From a virus (lineage: Duplodnaviria; Caudoviricetes), in the IMG/VR virus record IMGVR_UViG_2721755486_000001, positions 32,001 through 96,000 of that record: a DNA stretch of 64,000 nucleotides; one strand, given 5' to 3'. The notes below the pieces were generated by a model. The model searched no databases. It was not told the origin of the DNA and saw only the letters and a list, made by a program, of their open reading frames with translations. Positions within the stretch are counted from its first letter, which is position 1. Every line of letters starts with the position of its first letter. The position numbers and the translations under genes were made by a program. Shown here one piece after another: positions 56,269 through 64,000 of the stretch.

Positions 56269-56680
56269 GCAGCGTCCTTGATGTTTTGGTTTTGTAAGGT
56301 GGGAGCCTAGCATAGGTGTCCCGTGCGCGCGACCGCGCTTGGCCCTCTCGGGCATCCCGGAAAGCGCCATGGGGGCGGAGAAGGACCCGTGGCGACTTCT
56401 GACCTGTCACCGGAACTCCACGCGATCGCAGACGCAGAAGCCTCCGCACCCGTCGAAGCGCGCGCCCGGCGTCGCCTGTAACCGCCGGAGGGGAAGCACC
56501 TCACCCGCAAGCGATGGCCCGGAGGGCGAGTGGGGCGCGAGCCCCGTTTCTCCTGTGCCCTGGCACGATTAGGTCGTTCTTCGGAATCCCGTCCCGGACG
56601 GTTGACGAGCGACCAAGACCCGCTAGGTTGTACCCATAAGCCGCGCGTCCGCATCGGCCATCCAGATGAGTCGCCCCACC

Positions 56681-57178
56681 ATGACCGACACCACCAGCAC
56701 CGCCCCCTGCTACCCGCTCGACGACTGGGCCTTGGAAGCGGCCATCAACGCGGGCAACACCGACTGGGTAGCCCAGCTCGTCGCCGCCGGCGCAGATCTG
56801 ACGCGCCCACGGTCCGACACGTACGGGCGAGGTGGCGTGACCCCGCTGGGCCTGGCGGTCCACTTCGGGAGCCCCGACATCGTGGAGCTGCTGCTCGACG
56901 CGGGCGCTCCGGTGAACCAGGTCGCGGTGCGGTGGGGCGGTACGGCGCTGCACATGGCCGTGGTGGAGAGCGTGGGCGATGGCGTGGTGGAAATGCTGCT
57001 CAAGGCCGGGGCCGACCCACTGCTGACCGACGGGAAGGGGCGGCGCCCGCTCGACTACCTGGGCTGGGCCGTGGCCGAGCACCTGTCCGACGGCGACAAG
57101 GACCTGGTGCGCATCGCCACCCGGCTCGCGATCAACACCGCGAAGTTGAACGGGCAGAAACGCCCGAAGCGTCACTGA
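56681..57178 (+). CDS. ankyrin-repeat protein
   Basis: GVTPLGLAV, GGTALHMAV, AGADP...GRRPLD; operator at 56555 and TTGACG-N16-TAGGTT (56602) upstream. Confidence 0.88.
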   Translation: MTDTTSTAPCYPLDDWALEAAINAGNTDWVAQLVAAGADLTRPRSDTYGRGGVTPLGLAVHFGSPDIVELLLDAGAPVNQVAVRWGGTALHMAVVESVGDGVVEMLLKAGADPLLTDGKGRRPLDYLGWAVAEHLSDGDKDLVRIATRLAINTAKLNGQKRPKRH

Positions 57179-57197
57179 CTTGGAGGGAGGAGACCTC

Positions 57198-57815
57198 ATG
57201 CGCAACCCTGACGCCCGCTTTTTCAACGCCTTTCTGATCGGCATGCTCTCGACCAGCGTGCTGGCGATCGCCGTCCTGTTCACCACGGCCGCGATGGCCC
57301 CGCGGGCCCATGCGGCGGGCGTGGGTACGACCGTCCCGACGAACATCGCGGTCCCGGTCGGGCTGGAGCACCACACGGTCATCGACGGCGTGAGCCTGGG
57401 GTCTCCGCTCGCGGCGATCGGTCCGGCGTGCAAGGGCAACCCCGATCGTGCGACGGTCCCGTGCGTGGTCCGTGAGACGCGCACGCCACCACGGACCGAT
57501 GCGATTCCGGGGGACGGCTTCTACGACGTGCACGGCATGACGCTGCCGAAGGGGACCACGGACCTCTCGGTGGAGGTCATCCGTGGAGAGGTGCAGGCCG
57601 TCTCGTTCACGCTCGACCATCCGTACGGCGAGGACGCATGGTCCTCGGCCATCGCGGCTGCGTTGGGCTCGGTGGCGTTCGTGCCCGCCTCGGCCGCCCG
57701 GTATAGCTGGGAACAGGCCCATTGGGTCCTGCCGGACGGCTACCGCCTGACCGTCGGGCCGGAATGGGCATTGATCGGGCAGAGCACCAGGGTGACGGTC
57801 GAGAGCGGCCTCTGA
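57198..57815 (+). CDS. exported hypothetical protein
   Basis: GGAGGAG RBS; signal peptide ending AHA. Confidence 0.65.
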   Translation: MRNPDARFFNAFLIGMLSTSVLAIAVLFTTAAMAPRAHAAGVGTTVPTNIAVPVGLEHHTVIDGVSLGSPLAAIGPACKGNPDRATVPCVVRETRTPPRTDAIPGDGFYDVHGMTLPKGTTDLSVEVIRGEVQAVSFTLDHPYGEDAWSSAIAAALGSVAFVPASAARYSWEQAHWVLPDGYRLTVGPEWALIGQSTRVTVESGL

Positions 57816-57944
57816 CCCGGATCGTGCTGCGTTTGACGGGCGAGCGGTTACTTGCAAGTCTGTAACGCTCCACCCGGACCCGTGCCAGGGCACGGCAAGC
57901 ACCACCGCTTCCGCGCCTGGGTCTGACCGCACCAGGGACCCACC

Positions 57945-58424
57945 ATGCGCAACACCACCGGCGGCGATCGGCCGCAAACCTCGACCCCGCGAGCGGGGAT
58001 TCGCACGGCCCATTTCTGGGCCGCCCTCTACGCGGGGCTGATGCTCATCACCCTGATGGTCTGCGCGCTCGGCGCGAGAACGTTCTTCGCCCGGTACGAC
58101 GACAATGCGCTGGTCATCGGCCTGGCGGTGCTGGCCTGCACGCTGTTGCTCGACCACGCGGACCGAAGGCTCCGCGAGCAGGGCCGTCGACTGCACCGCG
58201 TGAACGCCTACATCACCGGCTTCTCGAGCCCGATGCTCATGGGCGTTCTGGCATCTTGGCTCGTCGCCCCCCAGGCCATACACCTGGCCGCGGCGGGCTG
58301 GTCGGACAACCTGCACCTGCTGGTCGCCAACCTCGCGGTGCTCTGGACCGGCGTGACGGTCGTGCGGCTGTTGCAGGACCCGCACCCGGACCTGCGGGGC
58401 GGGTTCTTCCGGACGGGACGTTAG
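57945..58424 (+). CDS. membrane protein (about four TM helices)
   Basis: Hydrophobic segments; operator at 57882 upstream. Confidence 0.65.
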   Translation: MRNTTGGDRPQTSTPRAGIRTAHFWAALYAGLMLITLMVCALGARTFFARYDDNALVIGLAVLACTLLLDHADRRLREQGRRLHRVNAYITGFSSPMLMGVLASWLVAPQAIHLAAAGWSDNLHLLVANLAVLWTGVTVVRLLQDPHPDLRGGFFRTGR

Positions 58425-60271
58425 GCCTCGGCGGAGGCCGCGTCGTCCATGTTCGGGGCGGCGACTGGGGTGACCGGGCCCTTCGCCAGCAGCGGCGGGG
58501 CGCTGTCGTAGATCTTCGTGGTGATCCCGTCGAGCTTCTTCTCCAGCGCTTCGAGCACCAGGTCCAGACGCGCCTCGATGAACCGCACCAGCGCGTCCGG
58601 TGGCAGTTCCGTCAGGGTCTCCTGCCATTCCACGATTTCCGTGGGCACCAGATGCGATTTCAGCACGCCAAGGAACGCCTCGCGGGCCCAGGTCGAAAGG
58701 CCCACGTACGACCCGAGGTAGTCCAACGGGTTCTTGTTGGAGATTTGCAGGTTCGTGAGCTGCGGCAGGTAGGCGATGTTCAGCAGGCTGTCCGACAGGT
58801 CCTTGTGGTCCAGGTTCGACTTCGCCACAAAATCGCTCGGGAAGATGTGGTGGAGGTTCGGCCGGTCGGTCAGCGTGTAGTAGACGGCGTTGAGCACCGG
58901 CCCGTGGCCTTGGCCCCAGTCGCGCGGATGGTGGTGGGCGTAGAACGCCAGCAGGGCACGCGCACGACCACCACGCGTCGAGTATTGCGTCAGGCGCAGT
59001 GCGTTGCGGTCCAGCGTGAATCCCTTGCTGAACACCTTCGAGCCGTCACCGTCCCTGAGCTGATCGACGTGCTCCCAGAGGCCCGTCGTGTTGCTCAGCA
59101 GGTCGCTCTGGTGGAAGGATGAGAACCAGAAATAGCGCTGGGCCAGATCGAGGCTCGGCGCCGGGTTGTCGAAGAAGTAGCCCGTCAACGTCATGTAGAC
59201 GTACCGGTACGGGATCAGGTTCGGCCCATTCAGGTCGAGCGTGTTGTCCAGGAAGCCCAAGGTCTTGCGGATCGCCGCCTGGGCGCCTTCCCACACGGCC
59301 TCGATGTCCTCGGCTTTCAGCTCGTTGAGGTACTTGTCGGTGATGTTCAGCACGGTGGCGCGACCGTGCACCTTCTGCTGGTGGATGCGTACGCACACCG
59401 CCACCATCTGCAAAAAGGTCCAGTCGTCCAGCAGGGCGTAGTTCGACGTGCCCAGGCTGGTCCGGAAACCCTGGATCAGATCGCGCAGGTAGAACCCGGT
59501 GATGCCCGCCTCGGGGTTCGCCACGCGGTAGGTCTTCGCCACCACGATGTCGAAAATGTTGAGGGGGCGCCCGGCCTGGTTCACCCGTTCGAAGATCTGG
59601 CAGACCTCCGAGACCTCGATCCCGTGCAGTTCGATGAACGAAAGGCGGTAGTTCGCCAGGATGCTTTGCATCTGGCGCAGGCGCTGACGCTCGGGGGCTT
59701 CGTAGGGGAGGTTCGACAGCTTGCTGTCGAGCTTGCCGAAGTCGAACACGATGTCGCGCAGGGAGACGATCAACCCCTGGGTGTACCGCATCTGGCGGCC
59801 CTTGTTGCGGATCAGGGCGCCGTCCTTGTCGTCGATCTCGTCCCAGAACAGGAAGCGTTCGCGGTAGCTCTCGTCGTCCGTCGGCCCTTTGAGGGCGATG
59901 GACAGGTCGACGTAGACGCTGGGGTCGGTGGATTGCCCCTCGATCGTGCCGCCATAGATCGACGTGTAGAGCGAGGTCGTGCGCTGCTGGCCGTCCAGGA
60001 TGTAGCGGTACTCGGCGGCGTTGAGCGGCTCGGTCAGGACGTGACCGCCGATGCTGCGGTGGCTATGGAGCGGCAGCGGGGTACGCCAAACCAGGATGCT
60101 GCCCAACGGGTAGAACTTGTACACGCTGTCCCAGAGCAGCTTGACGTTGCCGCGCTCCCACACGACGTCGCGCTGGAACGTCGGAATCTGGTAGGACCCG
60201 GCCTGGATGTTGCCGAGATACGTCTGGATGCCGAAGTCAACCGGTTTGATCCGGTCTTGGTAGTTGCTCAT
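58421..60271 (-). CDS. GmrSD-like Type IV restriction enzyme (DUF262 plus C-terminal HNH/DUF1524-like domain)
   Basis: IPTFQRDVVW, LDGQQR, IFERVN; HHIFP...LNIAYL...N. Confidence 0.85.
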   Translation of the reverse strand: MSNYQDRIKPVDFGIQTYLGNIQAGSYQIPTFQRDVVWERGNVKLLWDSVYKFYPLGSILVWRTPLPLHSHRSIGGHVLTEPLNAAEYRYILDGQQRTTSLYTSIYGGTIEGQSTDPSVYVDLSIALKGPTDDESYRERFLFWDEIDDKDGALIRNKGRQMRYTQGLIVSLRDIVFDFGKLDSKLSNLPYEAPERQRLRQMQSILANYRLSFIELHGIEVSEVCQIFERVNQAGRPLNIFDIVVAKTYRVANPEAGITGFYLRDLIQGFRTSLGTSNYALLDDWTFLQMVAVCVRIHQQKVHGRATVLNITDKYLNELKAEDIEAVWEGAQAAIRKTLGFLDNTLDLNGPNLIPYRYVYMTLTGYFFDNPAPSLDLAQRYFWFSSFHQSDLLSNTTGLWEHVDQLRDGDGSKVFSKGFTLDRNALRLTQYSTRGGRARALLAFYAHHHPRDWGQGHGPVLNAVYYTLTDRPNLHHIFPSDFVAKSNLDHKDLSDSLLNIAYLPQLTNLQISNKNPLDYLGSYVGLSTWAREAFLGVLKSHLVPTEIVEWQETLTELPPDALVRFIEARLDLVLEALEKKLDGITTKIYDSAPPLLAKGPVTPVAAPNMDDAASAEA

Positions 60272-60391
60272 TTGGTCCCTCGTGCGAGCCTGTTTTTCAG
60301 GGCGATTTTCGATCGCTACTATACCAGTGGCGCTCCCCGGAAAGGCTCACCATCGCTCCCGAAAGGGCTCACCGTTGGCGTGGCGGAGGCA

Positions 60392-61111
60392 TCACGGTTG
60401 TGGTTTCGCCTGCTCCCCCAGCAGATCCAGGAGGCGGTTGGAAGTCTCAATCAGTTCGGGCAGTTTGTCGGCTGCCCGCGACGGGATAAAGCCGCCGTAC
60501 TGTTTTCGAATCGCAAGGATCAGATCGGCTGCGACCAGGCCGGCCTGGCCACATTCCCAGAGGTCGACCTTCAACCAATGGTCGTCGTCAAAATCGAAAT
60601 AGCTCGTATAAATGGCGGCATTTTCACCGCCAACGAACTCGAAGTTGTGGAAACTGTTGTAGACGTTTGCGTGGGCGGTTTGCTCGTTGATCAGATCCTT
60701 CATCCGTTTGATCTCGTCGGATTGCGCCTTGAAATGCTGACCGAGCCAGGCGTAGGCAGCTTTCGAAGCCTTTTGCGGGTCGTGCTTCTTGCCGTCCGTC
60801 GTATCGAAATAGTTCGTTGTGTCGACGTGGACCAGCGAATACGCCGCGTGTACGGTCGATTCGAGAAAGTAGCGCAAGACCATTTTGGCCTGAATCCGGT
60901 GCTGCCTCACCAGCGACATCAGGCACAGCGTGTGACCCTTCTTCATCTGCGAAAGAAAGCGGATGAAGATGTCGCAATCCTTGGTCGGCCACGTCATGAT
61001 GTTCGAGAGCAGCAGGCTTACATCACGAGCGTTGGTGAAGAAATCGCCATAACGCTCTTCGGCACCAAGGACCATCTGATGCTCGATGTGGGAGAACTCC
61101 TCGATGCTCAC
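60392..61111 (-). CDS. lower-GC hypothetical protein (possibly DUF5677/HEPN-related)
   Basis: 239 aa, helical; LRYFLE...TAHAN; co-oriented upstream of GmrSD. Confidence 0.55.
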   Translation of the reverse strand: MSIEEFSHIEHQMVLGAEERYGDFFTNARDVSLLLSNIMTWPTKDCDIFIRFLSQMKKGHTLCLMSLVRQHRIQAKMVLRYFLESTVHAAYSLVHVDTTNYFDTTDGKKHDPQKASKAAYAWLGQHFKAQSDEIKRMKDLINEQTAHANVYNSFHNFEFVGGENAAIYTSYFDFDDDHWLKVDLWECGQAGLVAADLILAIRKQYGGFIPSRAADKLPELIETSNRLLDLLGEQAKPQP

Positions 61112-61443
61112 GGTGGGTGCCTCTCTCTAGTTGAAGTCGTTGACCGATAACCCGGGCCGAGCCGGTCAACGACGACTATACATTGGCCACACGGGGTGCC
61201 CACCCTCGACCACAGCACAGCCGCCCCTTCGCAAGAACCGTAGGTCTTGCCCAGGCGGCACGGTAGGACAGCGCGCGGCCCTTGCTCGCCAACCGGCTGA
61301 TGGACGGCGTGGACAACGCGCCGTCGCGGTGAAACGGGCAGGGCGCCGTCGGTCCCACCTAAATCACCGCCTGCTGAGTCGACCTGCATAGCAAAGCGGG
61401 GCATCGGCCCCGCTTTCGCAGTCCTGCGTGGCCAAGGCCACGA

Positions 61444-61950
61444 TCAGCCGGCGCGCGCCCGGGACCGCTTCGCGTAGTTTTCCGCCCACTCGGCGCGCAT
61501 TTGTCGCACGGCCGCCATCGCCGCGATCTTGCACTGCAGCTTCTCCTCCGGCGTCAACCCTCCAATGTGCAGCGCGGTGTCGGACACGAGATCCTGCCGG
61601 CCCAGGCTGATCATCTTCTCCTCGATCGCCTCTTGCACAACCATGCGCTCGAGCGCCTGGGGAGGCTGGCTCATCCTGATGGCGACGTACGTGAACAGGC
61701 GGTAGGCGGCACCGCCCGCGTAGAGGCCCCACCACGCGGCCAGTACGGTGACCAGCACCGCACTCACCGAACCCGGCACGGGCGGCGAGAACAGCGCGAC
61801 GGACGTGGTGACGAGGGCGATGATGCGCGAGATCGGCCCGGCGATCTGCGTGACCGGGTAGGCCCTGCTCAGGAAGAACAGATTGACGAAAAACAGCCAG
61901 CCGACGATCAGCAGGCCGGCGTCGAGGTACATGCGAAAGGTCCAGTCCAT
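61444..61950 (-). CDS. membrane protein
   Basis: Three TM segments; GGAGGAG RBS. Confidence 0.7.
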   Translation of the reverse strand: MDWTFRMYLDAGLLIVGWLFFVNLFFLSRAYPVTQIAGPISRIIALVTTSVALFSPPVPGSVSAVLVTVLAAWWGLYAGGAAYRLFTYVAIRMSQPPQALERMVVQEAIEEKMISLGRQDLVSDTALHIGGLTPEEKLQCKIAAMAAVRQMRAEWAENYAKRSRARAG

Positions 61951-62164
61951 GGGGCTCCTCCAGAGGGTGGCCCCAGGCAGGGGCCGGTGCCCTCAACCAA
62001 GCAGATCCCTGGCAGATGTCAAGCTGTGCCCAGGCACACCTGCACCCCGTCCGGGCACTCCGCGCCCGTGAGGGGTTGTCACCCCGACACCGTTTGATCC
62101 CTCCACCCAGGGTGCTGAGCACCTGAACGATCGCGCACGTACACCGTGCGCTCGAACCCCCACG

Positions 62165-62436
62165 TGCGTGCAGGGCTCCCCCGTTGTGCGCCGATCCATC
62201 CTCGTCGTGAGGTGCTTTCGAACCCGTCGGTTAAGCGACGCCTGGCACAGGGCCACCCTTGATGCGCAATGGTCCGTGAACCCCGTCCTCACCCGATCCC
62301 TTGCGGGCGTGCGGCCTCCGGGCGGGCCATTGCGCCGGGTGTCCCCGTGCTGCTTCAGGCGCACCGACGGCTCCGAAAAGCACCCACTTCACGACGAGGG
62401 AAACACCATGATCAGCGCACAACAGCCCAGCACGCA
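62165..62436. promoter_or_regulatory. long imperfect hairpin, Frpo/ssi-like (copy 3)
   Basis: CCTCGTCGTGA/TCACGACGAGG, GGTGCTTT/AAAGCACC, CCGTCGGT/ACCGACGG, GCGCAATGG/CCATTGCGC; loop shares GTCCTC...GCGTGCGGC-N-TCCGG with copies 1 and 2. Confidence 0.7.
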
Positions 62437-63088
62437 AACCCGGAACGGCAACGTCCCGACTCACCAAAAAGCACGGTTGAACGGCCACACCACGGCACCG
62501 GCCACGGCGACCAGCCCGGAAGCTCTGAAAACCGTGTTGACGCTGGTGGAGACCGCCCAGCTCGTCCAGAAGGTGTTGCGCGAGGCGTTCCCGGCCACGG
62601 GGTTCTACGTGAAGACCCAACGCGATGCGAACGGCGCACGGCTCCACGTCGAGTGGACGGACGGCCCCCGCGAGCAGCAGGTGAGCAAGCTCCTGCTGCC
62701 GCTGCAATCGTCGACCCCGGGCCAGTGGGGCGGCAACACCCCGGTGGAGCACTTCCGACTGACCGCGCAGGGCCCGCAACGCGTGCGCCTGGGCGCGGAC
62801 CGCATCACCCTCAAGCGCAAGTTCTCCGACGGCCTGGTGGGCAACGTCCTGCAACGCCTGGCCCACCGCCACGTCGGTCGCCTGGACCCGGAGACCCGCA
62901 AGCTCCTGACGGTCGAATCGTTCAAGAAAGGCGCCCTGATGGCGGTGGTGCTCTACGGCGTGCACTTCGGTGGCAACACCCTCCAGCACGACGTCGAGAC
63001 GGCGCTTCACGACCACACCGAGGTGCAGGGCTTCCCGCGCAGCGCCACGGCCGCCGGCCTGTTCGTTCGCAAGCCCCTGAAAGCCTGA
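62408..63088 (+). CDS. LPD29-domain protein
   Basis: ETAQLVQKVLREAFP...LHVEWTDGPREQQV. Confidence 0.75.
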   Translation: MISAQQPSTQTRNGNVPTHQKARLNGHTTAPATATSPEALKTVLTLVETAQLVQKVLREAFPATGFYVKTQRDANGARLHVEWTDGPREQQVSKLLLPLQSSTPGQWGGNTPVEHFRLTAQGPQRVRLGADRITLKRKFSDGLVGNVLQRLAHRHVGRLDPETRKLLTVESFKKGALMAVVLYGVHFGGNTLQHDVETALHDHTEVQGFPRSATAAGLFVRKPLKA

Positions 63089-63149
63089 CCACGCTGGGGC
63101 CGCACGCTTCGGTTTGTCGGCCCCGCACCCATCCTTGGAGATCCGCACC

Positions 63150-63461
63150 ATGGCCTACAAAAGCACCAACCCTTACCTCGAGGCGCGCTGCACGTTCGTC
63201 CTCGCCAAACTTGCGCTGATCGGCGCCCCCGACGAGGAAGACACCACGTACGAGGCGATGATCGAGGCCCAGTGCCTTGGGCACCGCGACGCCGAGGTGT
63301 CTGCGGATACGGGCGAGACGATCGACTGCTCGCTGTTTTTCGCCGACGTCCCCGAACTCCAACGGGAATGGATGTTCGGCTGGAATCAATACTTCGAGAT
63401 GCGTGAGATGGAGGAGTGCGGTTCGTGCAACAGCGGCAACCCGTGCCCCATCCACGGGTGA
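63150..63461 (+). CDS. small acidic protein with C-terminal CxxC-x5-CxxH
   Basis: GGAG RBS; CGSCNSGNPCPIH. Confidence 0.7.
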   Translation: MAYKSTNPYLEARCTFVLAKLALIGAPDEEDTTYEAMIEAQCLGHRDAEVSADTGETIDCSLFFADVPELQREWMFGWNQYFEMREMEECGSCNSGNPCPIHG

Positions 63462-63481
63462 GCGGCACCCACAGCAAAACG

Positions 63482-63502
63482 AAGCGGCCCGTTGGGCCGC
63501 TT
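63482..63502. terminator. terminator-like hairpin between convergent genes
   Basis: AAGCGGCCC-GTT-GGGCCGCTT. Confidence 0.6.
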
Positions 63503-63508
63503 GTCGCT

Positions 63509-63859
63509 TCAGGTGGGCTCGACGACATGGACGGCGATCACGCCGGGGCCGTCAGGGTCGTGGTTTTGCACGTGGACGTCACCGTGTTCATCGTGGTGGT
63601 GGGAAAGCAGCTCGGCGAGCCGGAGGGCGTTGTCCACCACCTCGGCATGGTCCTTTCCCACGCCGGCACGCACGAGCTTGTCCAGGAGCACGGCGTCGAT
63701 CGGCATCATCGACTTCAGCACCATGACGTAGCCGCCCGATGGGTTCGGCTCGGCGACACGTCGCTGGACGGGGTCGTTCCCGATCGCGGCGATTCGACGG
63801 TTGCGCTCATCCATACGACGATGCAACTCGTCGACGGTGAGCTTCGGAGGATGCGGCAT
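63509..63859 (-). CDS. hypothetical protein
   Basis: GAGGAG RBS; 116 aa. Confidence 0.65.
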   Translation of the reverse strand: MPHPPKLTVDELHRRMDERNRRIAAIGNDPVQRRVAEPNPSGGYVMVLKSMMPIDAVLLDKLVRAGVGKDHAEVVDNALRLAELLSHHHDEHGDVHVQNHDPDGPGVIAVHVVEPT

Positions 63860-63870
63860 GGGGTCTCTCC

Positions 63871-64000
63871 TCAGTGGCGCGTGGCGTCGCCGATCAGCGG
63901 GTTCGCCAGGGCGTCGCGCACGGCCTGGTCCGCTTTGGCCTTGTTGGCCTCGGCCGCAGCCACGGCGGAGGCGCGACGGACGGTCTCCGCTTCGAACGCC
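63871..64000 (-). CDS. 3' end of a gene running off the window
   Basis: Open frame ...AFEAETVRRASAVAAAEANKAKADQAVRDALANPLIGDATRH*. Confidence 0.5.
   Translation of the reverse strand, partial: AFEAETVRRASAVAAAEANKAKADQAVRDALANPLIGDATRH

Overview
This is a 64 kb segment of a large, high-GC plasmid, probably from a beta-proteobacterial host (inferred from the CTGT-N8-ACAG LexA box and general gene style). It has four components. (1) A replicon: a 22-bp iteron array, hairpins, an RHH/CopG gene overlapping a TrfA-family initiator, and topoisomerase III. (2) Backbone/leading-region cassettes: DUF6876, NinX-like, ArdA, LPD29, DUF5710-HNH, six ankyrin proteins and orphan methyltransferases. (3) Defence cargo: a Type I RM system, a SIR2-APAZ plus short pAgo (SPARSA-type) pair tightly coupled to two HEPN-motif genes, a NucS-like nuclease, GmrSD, a helicase-nuclease and orphan PD-(D/E)xK proteins. 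(4) umuDC with an SOS box, and an IS21 element with a 4-bp target duplication. The least-explained signals are non-coding: 15 intergenic copies of the palindrome GTGCC-NN-GGCAC, a promoter family with a fixed 16-bp spacer, three ~270-310 nt hairpins (Frpo/ssi-like), five TGAGTCGC-N25/26-GCGACTCA sites each 20 bp from a -10-like hexamer, a 21-bp-periodic GCAA-N4-TTGC array, and a repeated GNA-triloop element. I saw no conjugation genes, rRNA, tRNA or CRISPR array. All family assignments come from motif recognition by eye; no database searches were run.
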